Notes: generated by a model not told the origin, from the letters alone. DNA of 62,901 nucleotides from Fidelibacterota bacterium (GCA_028101095.1 JAOHKG010000003.1:1-62901), one strand, 5' to 3'; positions 31,875 to 42,263 are shown, numbered from the stretch's first letter. Translations and numbers: made by a program.

Positions 31875-33149
31875 TTAATTAAAAACCTTAATAAAAATTT
31901 CTTTTTTTGCGGAAGCTATCCAATCTTTATAATAATCCATTTTCTTTTTATTTAAGGCTAAATTTTCAATTTCAAACCAATGGTCTTTTAAATTAGCTTT
32001 TCCGCCAGGTTTAACCCCTTCTATCCAAATTAAATGAAATCCTAAGTCAGAGTTAATAGGAGGACTACAAGCACCTGTATCTATATATTTTAAAGCTTGC
32101 CCTATTTCAGGAATAGAGTATGATAAAGGATCTATCCAGCCTAAATCTCCACCAATTTTTTGAGTTGTAATATCACTAGTGTATAAAGAAACATTTTTAA
32201 TAAAATCACTAATTGTTTTAATCGAGTCTTTCTGTAAAGACATTGCAAAATTATAAGCTTTTTCTTGATCTTTTTTAGTTATTTCTGGGGTAAGTAGAAT
32301 ATGCCTTACTTTTATTTTATCACCCTTCTTTTCTTCGGTTTCAATTAAATGATAACCAAACTCAGTTTTTATTGGACCAACAAGGTCTCCTTCTTGGGCA
32401 CTAAAAGCGGCTACTTCAAAATTTTTAACTAAAGATCCGCGACTTACCCAACCGAGAGAACCACCTGTTTTTTTCGAACCCGGGTCTACTGAGTTTTTTA
32501 GTGCTATATCTTCAAACAACGATCCATTCAATATTTCTTTTTTAAAACCAAGTATTGTTTCTTTCGTTTTTTCTGTAGATTGCAAACTAGGTTTTATTGG
32601 AATTAAAATATGTCTTACTTTTGTTTTTAAAGGCACAGAAGGCAAGCTATCTTTATATGTTTTATAAAAAGAAACAACACCAGGTCTAGTTATAGAAACA
32701 GAGGCCATTAAACTTTGCTGGTATTTTTCCGACACCAATCGATCTCGCATATCAAACCAAAACTCTCTTTTAAAATCATTAATACTTTGTCCCAAAGCTT
32801 CTTCTGTTTTTTTCTTACTACCCGCTTGAAAAATTAAAGTTTGAACCTGTTGATCAAGTGATTTATCAACTTCTTTTTCATCCACTAAAACGGAATCTAA
32901 TTCCGCCATTCTTAAAAGTATTTTTTGGTCTATCATGTTTTTTAAAACGTTACTTTGTAGCTTCATAAACTTTTCAGGATCAATATTTGGGTTAATTTTA
33001 CTTTGCACTGCTGACATGTTTACCATTTGCGCTAAATCACTCTTTAAAATAAGATGATCTTCAACAACAGCAGCAACACCATCTATGTATTGAACAGGTT
33101 CTTCACAAAAAACAAAAACAATAAAAAACAAAAACAGAAACTTTTTCAT
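31875..33149 (-). CDS. SurA-like periplasmic chaperone / parvulin PPIase (two parvulin domains)
   Basis: Signal peptide, SurA-N-like region, and two parvulin cores (VRHILI...FGYHLI and VRHILL...GFHLIW). Confidence 0.8.
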   Translation of the reverse strand: MKKFLFLFFIVFVFCEEPVQYIDGVAAVVEDHLILKSDLAQMVNMSAVQSKINPNIDPEKFMKLQSNVLKNMIDQKILLRMAELDSVLVDEKEVDKSLDQQVQTLIFQAGSKKKTEEALGQSINDFKREFWFDMRDRLVSEKYQQSLMASVSITRPGVVSFYKTYKDSLPSVPLKTKVRHILIPIKPSLQSTEKTKETILGFKKEILNGSLFEDIALKNSVDPGSKKTGGSLGWVSRGSLVKNFEVAAFSAQEGDLVGPIKTEFGYHLIETEEKKGDKIKVRHILLTPEITKKDQEKAYNFAMSLQKDSIKTISDFIKNVSLYTSDITTQKIGGDLGWIDPLSYSIPEIGQALKYIDTGACSPPINSDLGFHLIWIEGVKPGGKANLKDHWFEIENLALNKKKMDYYKDWIASAKKEIFIKVFN

Positions 33150-33155
33150 ATTTAT

Positions 33156-33944
33156 TTAATAATTAAGGTTAATAAAAACATCACTTTCTCTTTTTAAACT
33201 ATCTAACAATAAAGAGGTTCCTTTTATGTTAACTTTTTTTATAAGACGTTGATAAATTTCATCATGAACATCTTCTAATCCAAAAAAAGAACCCTTTTTA
33301 TAACGAGAGACAACCTCAAAGATATGGTGTTTTTTGTTAAAAAAAACAGGCCCAACAAGAGGTTGTTTAGAATTAAAAATAAGATCATTAATTTCTTTCG
33401 ATAAAGTGCCCCGCTGAATATAACCAGAGTCTTTTAAATATTTATCTACATTAAAAGATTTTTTGGTTCTTGAAAGCTGGTTTTTAATTTTTTTTGCTGA
33501 ATCCAAACTTTCAGATAAAAAATGTCTAGCAAAAACACCATCTTGTTTTCGAATAAAACTTGATTTATTATTGTTATAGTAAGTTAAAACAGCTTTTTTT
33601 GTTATTTTACTTACAACACTAGTTTTTGTTTCGATAAAAGAAGATATAACAAGGTCTTTGTAATATTTTTCTGTTTTTTCTTTCAATACACGATCGTTTA
33701 AAAAACCTTCTTTTTTAGCTTCACCAAAAAGAACTTGATTGTTTACCCAGGTATTAACAAAAACAGAAATATCTTTCTTATTCATATTGGGTTTGACTAG
33801 TTGGGTTGGGAGGTTTTTAAAGAAAAGTTTTTTCTTACCAACCCGAGCTAAGACAACATCATCATTATCTTTTACGCTACTACAAGAGAGAATAAAAAAG
33901 AGAAAAATAATTATTTTATTGTTTTTAGCTGATATTTTTATCAT
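33156..33944 (-). CDS. SurA-N/PpiC-like chaperone lipoprotein
   Basis: Lipobox ILSC, a single degenerate parvulin-like segment (ARHFL...HHIFEVV), adjacent to the SurA-like gene. Confidence 0.6.
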   Translation of the reverse strand: MIKISAKNNKIIIFLFFILSCSSVKDNDDVVLARVGKKKLFFKNLPTQLVKPNMNKKDISVFVNTWVNNQVLFGEAKKEGFLNDRVLKEKTEKYYKDLVISSFIETKTSVVSKITKKAVLTYYNNNKSSFIRKQDGVFARHFLSESLDSAKKIKNQLSRTKKSFNVDKYLKDSGYIQRGTLSKEINDLIFNSKQPLVGPVFFNKKHHIFEVVSRYKKGSFFGLEDVHDEIYQRLIKKVNIKGTSLLLDSLKRESDVFINLNY

Positions 33945-36900
33945 TAAAAAATGGTTCTATTTCAAACAAAAGAAGAAAGGCGCGCTCAACCCCACTAACA
34001 GAAAAAACAATAACAAGGTTTCCCTTTGTATCCTTCTTGTAATGAAAACCGTTTAAGTTTTCACTTTTAAAAGAATTTAAAAGGCTAAAAAGGTTTTCTA
34101 GTGTTTTAAACACCCCTAAGTCACTTAAAGTTAAAGAAAAGGAGGTGTCTTTTATATAAATTTTATTAATACAAGAATCTCTAAAGATTAACTTAACGTG
34201 TGAAAAAAGAAACAACCTTTCTGTTTCCACCGGTAGGTTTCCAAACCTATCAACTAAGCTCTTTTTTATTCTTAAAAGGTCTGAGAGTGTTTTAGTTTTT
34301 GAAAGCTGGAAATAAAAATCAACCCGAATGGATCTATTAGAAACGTATTTTTCACCAATTTCAGTAAGAAAGTCACCAAAAATAATTACGTCCTGTCTTT
34401 TTTCAATTTGATTCTTTTCAAGGTTAATTTCGTCTTGTAAAATTTCACAATACAACTCGAACCCCACAGAAGATATATTTCCACTTTGCTTATAACCAAA
34501 AAGACTACCTGCACCTCTAATTTCTAAGTCCTTAACTGAAAGGGTGTAACCAGAACCAAGTGCGTTGTTTTCTTCAACGGCTTTTAAACGAAGGTGTGCG
34601 TCTTGCGAAAGTTGTTTTTGTGGAACAAGTAAAAGACAGCGAGCTTGTTTTTCTCCACGGCCAACACGTCCACGAATTTGATAAAGTTGAGAGAGTCCGA
34701 AATCCTGTGCATTGTTTATAATTATTGTGTTTGCGTTGGTAACATCTAAACCTGACTCAATTATTGTTGTGCAAACTAAAATGTCAATTTTACCAGAAAA
34801 AAAAGAAAGAACAATTGGTTCAAGTTCTTTGCTTGGTATTTTTCCACTAACACCTTCTATTTTAACGTTTTTAAATCTGTTTTTAATCTTATTTATAATT
34901 ATAGGAATAGACTTAATGTCGTTATGGAGAAAATAGGTTTGGCCACCCCTTTCTAATTCAAATTCAATTGTTGAAAAAATTAAATCCCAATTAAAATAAC
35001 GAACACTTGTTAAAATAGGTCTCCTTGATTTAGGGGGGGTCAAAATGGTGCTTAAATCCCTCAAACCAACCAATGATTGCTGCAGTGTTCTAGGGATAGG
35101 TGTAGCCGTTAAAGTTAAAACATCTAAATGGTTTTTTAGTGATCGAATTTTTTCTTTATGTTTTACTCCAAAACGATGCTCTTCATCAATAACCAATAAA
35201 GAAAGGTTTGGAATGTCAACATCACCAGAAAGAACCCTGTGTGTTCCGACTAAAACATCAACGACACCCTTTTTTAAACCCTCTAAGGTTTTAGTTTGTT
35301 CTTTTTTAGATCTAAAGCGAGACAGCAACCCAACTCTTACACCTAGAGGCTCAAGACGCTCTTTACAGGTAATGTAGTGTTGATCTGCTAAAATTGTAGT
35401 TGGGCACAAAAGAATAGACGCCTTATTTGAAAGACAACTTTTAAAAATAGCCCGAAGAGCAACCTCTGTTTTACCAAACCCCACATCTCCACAAACAAGA
35501 CGATCCATTGGTTTTTGACCATTCATATCAACAAAAACATCTTCTATTGCTTTTTTCTGGTCAGGAGTTTCAATGAAAGAGAAGGAAGAAGAAAGGGCCC
35601 CATCAAGATCATTTTCAATTACGTAAGAAAAACCTCTTTTTTTATTTTTTTCGGTATATAAAGAAATCAATTCTTTCGCAAAAAGACGAACAGCTTTTTT
35701 TGTTTTTTGTAGTTCTAAATTCCAACGCTTTGACCCAAGCGATGAAATTTTTGGGTCTCTTTTCGTACCAACATATTGATGAATTAACGATAGCTGGTCC
35801 AAAGAGACATAAACTATTGAACCTTTACTATATTCTATTTGGACAGATTCACCCGTTCTTAGAGCTTCATCTCTAAAAACAAGCCCTTTAAAAAGACCAA
35901 CGCCAAAAGATTTGTGAACGATAAAATCTCCAATAGCCAAACCAGCTATAGAGTTTTTGTTTAGTTGATCTATATTGTTCTGCGCTTTCAAGCTAAGAGG
36001 CTTGGTTTCCCTCTCTATATCTAATACAGAAACAACCAAAAGGTTAAAGGTTTTTATGTAAAAACTTTTATTTAAAAAGCCAACACTTTTCACAAAGTCT
36101 TTTTTTTCAAACCAAGAAAGGCTTTCTTCTGTTCCACCCGCTAAAAACACAGAAACATCTTCTCCAAAGTTTTCTTTTACATCAGAAGGTTTCCGTATGA
36201 AGACTTCTAATGCGCTAATGTTGTTGAACTTGTATACATCACCATCACCAAAAAACACTTTACCGAGGCTGTCACTTAAACAAACATACCTATCAAAGAC
36301 ACAAAAAAGACCCATAAGGCTAGTTTTATCAACAGCTTGGCTCTCTTTTGAAAACTCTTTTAACGATATAAAATCATGGTTTTTTTCTGTTAGTTGGCTC
36401 AGCGTGTTAAAGGTTGAAATGGAACCAACTGTATCAAAATCAAAAGACAGCCTAAAAGGTTTTTTAAAGTGTTTTGGGTATATGTCAACCACATCACCCC
36501 TGTTAGCATAATAACCCGGTTCGTAAACAAGCTCTGTTCTGGCATAACCCGTTTTCTGTAAAAACAAGATTAGCTCTGATATATCACAGCTATCACCAAC
36601 ATTTAAACGAAACTCTTTTAATCTTTTTTCTATATTTTTAGGTATTTCTTCCTCTTCCAGGGACTTTTTAGTACCAATACAACAGAAGGTCTTTTCTGTC
36701 GCTAAATTAATTAACGCTTCTTTTCTATATGTTGATTCTTCCGTGTTAAACCCCGGAACGGCTTCTCCATTAAAACTTTTAGGGTAATAAAGAAAGTTGT
36801 TATTATGTTCTTTCGCTTTATTAAAAAACTTTTGTGCCAAACTTTCTTTTTCAAAAACAATAAAAAAACTGGTTTTAGAGGATTTTATTAGATCGGTTAA

Positions 36901-37014
36901 AAACAAGATACCGGCACCCAAAGTAAAACCGCCCAAATTAGGCTTCTCATAAAAAGATTTAATTAAATCTTTTGAATAAAAAAGTTCGTTCGTTGTTTGT
37001 TTCACGTGAAACAA
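33925..37014 (-). CDS. mfd: Transcription-repair coupling factor
   Basis: 1029 aa with helicase motifs GDVGFGKTEVA, DEEHRFGV, QLYQIRGRVGRG and a CarD-like segment. Start is TTG 37014 or GTG 37005. Confidence 0.9.
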   Translation of the reverse strand: MFHVKQTTNELFYSKDLIKSFYEKPNLGGFTLGAGILFLTDLIKSSKTSFFIVFEKESLAQKFFNKAKEHNNNFLYYPKSFNGEAVPGFNTEESTYRKEALINLATEKTFCCIGTKKSLEEEEIPKNIEKRLKEFRLNVGDSCDISELILFLQKTGYARTELVYEPGYYANRGDVVDIYPKHFKKPFRLSFDFDTVGSISTFNTLSQLTEKNHDFISLKEFSKESQAVDKTSLMGLFCVFDRYVCLSDSLGKVFFGDGDVYKFNNISALEVFIRKPSDVKENFGEDVSVFLAGGTEESLSWFEKKDFVKSVGFLNKSFYIKTFNLLVVSVLDIERETKPLSLKAQNNIDQLNKNSIAGLAIGDFIVHKSFGVGLFKGLVFRDEALRTGESVQIEYSKGSIVYVSLDQLSLIHQYVGTKRDPKISSLGSKRWNLELQKTKKAVRLFAKELISLYTEKNKKRGFSYVIENDLDGALSSSFSFIETPDQKKAIEDVFVDMNGQKPMDRLVCGDVGFGKTEVALRAIFKSCLSNKASILLCPTTILADQHYITCKERLEPLGVRVGLLSRFRSKKEQTKTLEGLKKGVVDVLVGTHRVLSGDVDIPNLSLLVIDEEHRFGVKHKEKIRSLKNHLDVLTLTATPIPRTLQQSLVGLRDLSTILTPPKSRRPILTSVRYFNWDLIFSTIEFELERGGQTYFLHNDIKSIPIIINKIKNRFKNVKIEGVSGKIPSKELEPIVLSFFSGKIDILVCTTIIESGLDVTNANTIIINNAQDFGLSQLYQIRGRVGRGEKQARCLLLVPQKQLSQDAHLRLKAVEENNALGSGYTLSVKDLEIRGAGSLFGYKQSGNISSVGFELYCEILQDEINLEKNQIEKRQDVIIFGDFLTEIGEKYVSNRSIRVDFYFQLSKTKTLSDLLRIKKSLVDRFGNLPVETERLFLFSHVKLIFRDSCINKIYIKDTSFSLTLSDLGVFKTLENLFSLLNSFKSENLNGFHYKKDTKGNLVIVFSVSGVERAFLLLFEIEPFFNDKNIS
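36997..37014. promoter_or_regulatory. Perfect palindrome TTGTTTCACGTGAAACAA at the mnmG-stop / mfd-start junction
   Basis: 18-bp perfect dyad. The core GTTTCACGTGAAAC is identical to the one at 38857-38870. Confidence 0.6.
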
Positions 37015-37015
37015 C

Positions 37016-38863
37016 TCACTTTAAAACGTTAATTATTAACACTGTTGAATCTGACGGTTTTATTCCGGATATACGATTAGCCTGACCAATTGTCTCTGGC
37101 CTAACTAAGTTAAATTTTTCTATAGCTTCTTTTGAGAGGCCTTTTATTGAGTTATAGTCGAAGGTTTTTGGGATTTTTGTTTTTTCGTGTTTTTTAAGCT
37201 TTTCTATTTCTTTTAGGTGTCTTTTAATATATCCCTCATATTTTATTTCCGACTCCACATCAAAAAGAATATCATCAACCAACCACAAAGGTAACGCATC
37301 CGACTCTTCATAGAAGTTTATAGGGAGGTCTTTAATGGAAAAACCGGGCCTTTTTATCAGCTCTGTCGCTGGTTTTGCCTGTGGTATTTTAATTTTTAAA
37401 GAAATATGTTCTGGCTTTATGGATGTTTTTAACCTGTTGTTAATCTTGGTTCTTTTAGACTTCACATTTAACAAGATGTTTCTTTTATCAAAGGGTAAGA
37501 GGTTGTGTTTACTGGAGTCTTCCTGAAGTCTGTCTGCGGTGTTTGATATTCTTAACATTAACCGGTATTCTGCTCTAGATGTAAACATTCTATAAGGCTC
37601 TAATGTGTCTTTTGTAATTAAATCATCAATCATTACACCTGTATAAGAAGAAGAGCGACTTAACACCAAGGGTTCTTTCTCTTTCGCGTATGACGCTGCA
37701 TTGATACCGGAAAGTAAGCCTTGCGCAGCTGCCTCTTCATAACCAGAGGTCCCATTCATTTGCCCTGCAAAAAACAAACCGGAAACATCTTTAGTTTCTA
37801 ATGTGTTTTTTAATTGGGCTGGAGGAAAAAAGTCATACTCAATTGCATAACCAGGTCTAAAAAACTCTACTTTTTCTAAACCATCAATTTCTCTTAATGC
37901 TTTGATTTGTATTTCCTCTGGAAGGCTCGTTGAAAAACCGTTTAAATATATTTGATCTGAGTTTTCCCATTCAGGCTCTAGAAATAAACTATGAGAACCT
38001 CTCTGTGAAAAACGATGAATTTTATCTTCAATTGAAGGGCAATACCGGGGCCCCACTCCCCCAATGTCACCGGAAAACATTGGAGATTTATTTTTATTAT
38101 CGGAAATTATTTCATGTGTGTTTAGGTTCGTGTTTACTAAATGACAGAGTTCATTTTTAGGTTTAAAGTCTCCTGTAAAATAAGAAAAAGGAACTGGGTA
38201 TTTGTCCCCCTCTTCTATCTGTGTCTTGCTCCAATCTATGGAGTGTTTGTTAAGCCTAGGTGGCGTTCCCGTTTTAAGCCTCCCAGAACGAAAACCTAAA
38301 GAAACAAGAGATTCAGTTAGGCCCTCAGCTCTCTCCTCCCCCATTCTACCCGCTAGTATTTTTCGATCACCAACGTGTATGATACCAGATAAAAAAGTGC
38401 CACTAGTTACAACAAGTGATTTAGTTCGTAGTGTTTCCCCGGATCTCAGTTTCACTCCCGATATTTTTTCTCCAGAAACAGAAACAGAAACAACCTCACC
38501 TTCAAGCAAATTTATGTTTTGTTTTTTTATCTCTCGCACAACGGTTCTTTCATATAAACGTTTGTCTATCTGGGCGCGCGGAGACCAAACTGCTCGCCCC
38601 TTCGTTTTGTTTAATGTTTTAAACTGGATACCCGTCTGATCCGCAAAGGTTGCCATTTTCCCACCCAACACATCAATTTCTCTTACAATTTGACCCTTTG
38701 CCAACCCTCCAATAGCGGGATTACACGACATTCTCCCTAGTGCCGCAACATCCATTGTAACTATAAGAACCTCACAATTAAGGTGTTTAGAAATTAAAGA
38801 GGCCTCTACACCTGCATGGCCCCCACCAACAACGATAACATCCCAAAGAGTGGAGTGTTTCAC
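37016..38863 (-). CDS. mnmG: tRNA uridine 5-carboxymethylaminomethyl modification enzyme MnmG
   Basis: VVGGGHAGVEA FAD motif and family-typical length (615 aa). GTG start. Confidence 0.95.
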   Translation of the reverse strand: MKHSTLWDVIVVGGGHAGVEASLISKHLNCEVLIVTMDVAALGRMSCNPAIGGLAKGQIVREIDVLGGKMATFADQTGIQFKTLNKTKGRAVWSPRAQIDKRLYERTVVREIKKQNINLLEGEVVSVSVSGEKISGVKLRSGETLRTKSLVVTSGTFLSGIIHVGDRKILAGRMGEERAEGLTESLVSLGFRSGRLKTGTPPRLNKHSIDWSKTQIEEGDKYPVPFSYFTGDFKPKNELCHLVNTNLNTHEIISDNKNKSPMFSGDIGGVGPRYCPSIEDKIHRFSQRGSHSLFLEPEWENSDQIYLNGFSTSLPEEIQIKALREIDGLEKVEFFRPGYAIEYDFFPPAQLKNTLETKDVSGLFFAGQMNGTSGYEEAAAQGLLSGINAASYAKEKEPLVLSRSSSYTGVMIDDLITKDTLEPYRMFTSRAEYRLMLRISNTADRLQEDSSKHNLLPFDKRNILLNVKSKRTKINNRLKTSIKPEHISLKIKIPQAKPATELIKRPGFSIKDLPINFYEESDALPLWLVDDILFDVESEIKYEGYIKRHLKEIEKLKKHEKTKIPKTFDYNSIKGLSKEAIEKFNLVRPETIGQANRISGIKPSDSTVLIINVLK

Positions 38864-38870
38864 GTGAAAC
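38857..38870. promoter_or_regulatory. Perfect palindrome GTTTCACGTGAAAC at the mnmE-stop / mnmG-start junction
   Basis: 14-bp perfect dyad. The mnmG GTG start forms the first three bases of the second half-site. Confidence 0.6.
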
Positions 38871-40195
38871 TATTTACCAACGCAAAAGTTAGAGAAGACG
38901 CCGTTTAAAACATCTTCAGAATTTACTTTTCCTAAAAAAACAGAAAGAAAATTCATGGAATCTTTTATTTCAAAAGCGACAAGCTCAAGTTCTGGTTTGT
39001 TGTTTTTTAAAATATTTAAGGCGGAGGTTAAAGAGGATAGGCTTTTTTCCAGGGCATCTTTTTGCCTAAGGTTGTTTATAGTTGAGTCGGTTGAGAAGTT
39101 GTTTTCTGTTACCAAAAGCTTTAATCTCTCCAGTAAAAGGTCAACGCCCTGGTTTTTTAGCGCCGATATATAAAAATAAGAAGGTTTTTTTACAAGACCA
39201 GCCTTTATTGAGTCTGTTTTATTATAAACATGTATTGTTTTTTTTGAATGCTTGGTTTCTATTTTTTTAATTTTTGGAGAAGACATTGAAATAATAATAT
39301 CTGCTCGCTCTATTTCTTTAGAGGCGCGCAGAACACCTTCTTTTTCAATGGGGTTGTCTGTGTTTGTAATACCGGCGGTATCAATAAGAAGAACGGGAAC
39401 ACCTGAGAGTGTTATTTCAGATGTTATTGTGTCGCGAGTGGTACCAGAAACACTACTCGTAATACTCCTGTTTTCACCAAGAAGGCAATTCATCAAAGTT
39501 GATTTTCCAACATTTGGTTTTCCAACCAAAGCTATTCTAAGCCCCTGGGTGTATGCCAGACCCATACTGTAAGAGTTTAAAATAGAACGAACCTTTAAGC
39601 AGCTGTTTTTTAATACCTTAAGGTAGTTGTTAACATTTTCAGGTAGGTGTGTATCTAGTTCTGAAACATCAAACTCAAATTCCAAAGAAGATAAAATAGA
39701 AAGAAGGTCTTTTTGTATTTTAAGAACTGTTGACGAAACAGAGCCAGACAAGTTTTTATTTTGATGTAAGGCCGCTTCTTCGGACCTTGAGTTAATCAGG
39801 TCTCCTACAGCTTCCGCTTGAATAAGGTCTAATTTACCGTTCAAAAAAGCTCTTTTTGTGAACTCTCCCGGCTCAGCTATTTTTGCACCTAAAAAACACG
39901 CTCTTTTTATAATTGAATCAACAATTACAGGATTTCCATGACACGAGATTTCAACTATATCTTCTCCGGTGTATGAGTTGGGGTTTCTGAAATAAGTAAA
40001 AAGGGCTTCGTCTATTTTCTTTTTAGAGTCTATAAAAACAGAAGAAAGTACAACAACCCTATCCCGAAGAACCATACTGTCGCTTGCTAGGCTTTGGGCT
40101 ATTAACAGTGCTTTTTCACCACTTAATCTAATTATTGAAACACTTCCTCTACCAAAAGGTGTTGCTTGAGCAACGATGGTGTGGCTGTCGTACAT
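38870..40195 (-). CDS. mnmE: tRNA modification GTPase MnmE
   Basis: G1 GKPNVGKSTLMN, DTAG, and C-terminal FCVGK (CxGK) motif. Confidence 0.9.
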   Translation of the reverse strand: MYDSHTIVAQATPFGRGSVSIIRLSGEKALLIAQSLASDSMVLRDRVVVLSSVFIDSKKKIDEALFTYFRNPNSYTGEDIVEISCHGNPVIVDSIIKRACFLGAKIAEPGEFTKRAFLNGKLDLIQAEAVGDLINSRSEEAALHQNKNLSGSVSSTVLKIQKDLLSILSSLEFEFDVSELDTHLPENVNNYLKVLKNSCLKVRSILNSYSMGLAYTQGLRIALVGKPNVGKSTLMNCLLGENRSITSSVSGTTRDTITSEITLSGVPVLLIDTAGITNTDNPIEKEGVLRASKEIERADIIISMSSPKIKKIETKHSKKTIHVYNKTDSIKAGLVKKPSYFYISALKNQGVDLLLERLKLLVTENNFSTDSTINNLRQKDALEKSLSSLTSALNILKNNKPELELVAFEIKDSMNFLSVFLGKVNSEDVLNGVFSNFCVGK

Positions 40196-40197
40196 GG

Positions 40198-41895
40198 TTA
40201 CCGTGGCGTTGGTGGTTTGGTCTGCGCGGTGCTTGGAACAAGTTTTTGTTGGAGGATTGTTAAAATATTGAAAAGGGTGTAATAAAGGTTTAAACCTGAG
40301 GGAAACGAATTAAACATTAAAAAGAAAAAACCAGTCATAAAATATTGCATAGTTTTCTGCTGTGGTTGTTGTGCCCCTGGAGCCATCATACGCTGTTGGA
40401 TAAACATAGAAACAACCATTAAAACAGGAAGAACAGATATTTGGTTTCCGTAAATCGGAATCGTAAAAGGTAGATGTATTATTGTATCAGGAGCAGAGAG
40501 GTCTCTTATCCACCAAACAAAAGGCTCAGCCCTAAGCTCTATTGTGGTTCTAAACACTTGAAAAAGCGCCAATAACAAGGGCATTTGAAGTAGCATTGGA
40601 AGGCACCCACCTAAAGGGTTCACACCTTTTTCTTTATAGAGCTGCATCGTCGCTTGGTTAAGCTTTTGGGGGTTGTTTTTATATTTATCTCTTAAAGCGT
40701 TTACTTCGGGTTGTATGGTTTGCATTGCTGCAGTGGACTGGTAACTTTTTTTTGTTAGCGGGTAGACAATTAGTTTAACTAAAAAAGAAAAAATTATCAA
40801 AACAATACCGTAGTTAGGAACAATCTTATGGATTTCTTTAAGGCTGTACAAAACACCCTTTGATATTGGTCTTATAAAAGACCACCCAAAATCCATAACC
40901 ATATCAAGATTAACAGATAGCGTTTTAATTTGATCGTATTCTAAAGGACCTAGGTATAAGGTAAACCCCGATTCTCTTCCAGATTCAACAACAAAGGAAG
41001 CGTTGTATGTTTCATTTTCTTGAAAATCGGAAGAAAGAAGGGTTTTTTCAACGATATTTGGTTCATTGGGCACCAGAGCTGAGATAAAGTATTTTGTTCT
41101 GATTGCAACCCAATCTGCTGGCCCATTAAATGTTTGTTCTTCGCTTTTACCGGACTTTACTTTTTGTTTTTCAAGCTCCCCACCTTGATAAACATAAGAT
41201 TGAAAATATGTTTGGTCTCCAACAACATCGTCTTCAGTGGGTGCCAGGCCACCATACCAACCAAACTCTAGATCTCTAAAAATTTGATTTCTAATTGTAC
41301 TGCAGTCGATCTGTACCTGAATAGCGTAGGAGTCAGGTAAAAATGTTAATTTTTTTGTTATTTTTTCTCCCAAAACAACAAGAGAAAACTCAAGGGTATG
41401 TTCTTCTTCTATAGTTAAAGGTGTGTATTCAGTTTCAAGTTTCCATGATTGATTTACATTTATTGGGTTTCCATCAAGGTCTTCTATAAAGAACAAAAGA
41501 TTTTCACTTTTTAATCCTGAAAGAAGGTCTACAGGCAGACTATCCGGTTTGAGGTAATTTTTTATAATAAAAGAGGTAAAGGTGCCACCATTGAGGGAAC
41601 TAACTGTTGCTTGATAGAGGTTGTTTTCAATCTTTGTGACAGTTTCGGTAAACAGGGTGTTTGGTTTGGTTTCTTTTTTTTCACCTTCTTCTGTTGGGGA
41701 AAAGCCCTTGCCTTCTGTTTTGTTGTTAACAACATCATTTGAATCGGTTGGGTTACCTAAAACTACAACCTCCTCAACTTGTGAGGGGGGAGATACAAAA
41801 TCCATATATTTAGGTGTAAATATTAAAACAACGGAGATAAGTAAGAATGCAAGTAGTGTGTTTCTATCCATTTTATTCCACGGGGTCATAGCCAC
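40198..41895 (-). CDS. yidC: Membrane protein insertase YidC
   Basis: 565 aa with a large periplasmic P1 domain and the conserved core ...GCLPMLLQMP.... Confidence 0.9.
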   Translation of the reverse strand: MAMTPWNKMDRNTLLAFLLISVVLIFTPKYMDFVSPPSQVEEVVVLGNPTDSNDVVNNKTEGKGFSPTEEGEKKETKPNTLFTETVTKIENNLYQATVSSLNGGTFTSFIIKNYLKPDSLPVDLLSGLKSENLLFFIEDLDGNPINVNQSWKLETEYTPLTIEEEHTLEFSLVVLGEKITKKLTFLPDSYAIQVQIDCSTIRNQIFRDLEFGWYGGLAPTEDDVVGDQTYFQSYVYQGGELEKQKVKSGKSEEQTFNGPADWVAIRTKYFISALVPNEPNIVEKTLLSSDFQENETYNASFVVESGRESGFTLYLGPLEYDQIKTLSVNLDMVMDFGWSFIRPISKGVLYSLKEIHKIVPNYGIVLIIFSFLVKLIVYPLTKKSYQSTAAMQTIQPEVNALRDKYKNNPQKLNQATMQLYKEKGVNPLGGCLPMLLQMPLLLALFQVFRTTIELRAEPFVWWIRDLSAPDTIIHLPFTIPIYGNQISVLPVLMVVSMFIQQRMMAPGAQQPQQKTMQYFMTGFFFLMFNSFPSGLNLYYTLFNILTILQQKLVPSTAQTKPPTPR

Positions 41896-42112
41896 CAGAA
41901 TTAAAAGGGTGACATTTAATTATACGAAAAAATATTAATTTAATTGAAACGAAGAGGTTTTTTTCCTTGAGTGCGTCGATTGCATATTGTGAACAGGTTG
42001 GACTAAAGCGGCAACTTGGGGCAAAAAAGGGGGATAATAAAAGCTGGTAACCTTTTGTTAATAAGTGCAGAAAAAACCGCAGTGAGCGATCAAAGGTGTT
42101 TAAAAAAGGCAT
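41873..42112 (-). CDS. yidD: Membrane protein insertion efficiency factor YidD
   Basis: 79 aa with LLSPFF...CRFSPTCSQYAIDAL signature. Confidence 0.85.
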   Translation of the reverse strand: MPFLNTFDRSLRFFLHLLTKGYQLLLSPFFAPSCRFSPTCSQYAIDALKEKNLFVSIKLIFFRIIKCHPFNSGGYDPVE

Positions 42113-42128
42113 TGTTTAAAAATACTTT

Positions 42129-42263
42129 TTATAGCGCTAAACGTTTACGGCCTTTTTTCCTGCGTCTTTTTAAAACGTTTCTTCCGCCAACTGTTGCTGT
42201 TCTGGCCCTGAAGCCATGTTTGTTTCTTCTTTTTCTCTTGCTTGGTTGATATGTTCTTTTCAT
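42129..42263 (-). CDS. rpmH: 50S ribosomal protein L34
   Basis: Not in the ORF track (44 aa). Hand translation gives [44 protein letters not shown], with a TAA stop. Confidence 0.9.
   Translation of the reverse strand: MKRTYQPSKRKRRNKHGFRARTATVGGRNVLKRRRKKGRKRLAL

Noticed and set aside
42016-42249. 77-aa plus-strand ORF in the yidD/rpmH region.
   Set aside because: It is antisense to yidD and to the hand-identified rpmH, whose translation is an unmistakable L34. It is a shadow ORF.
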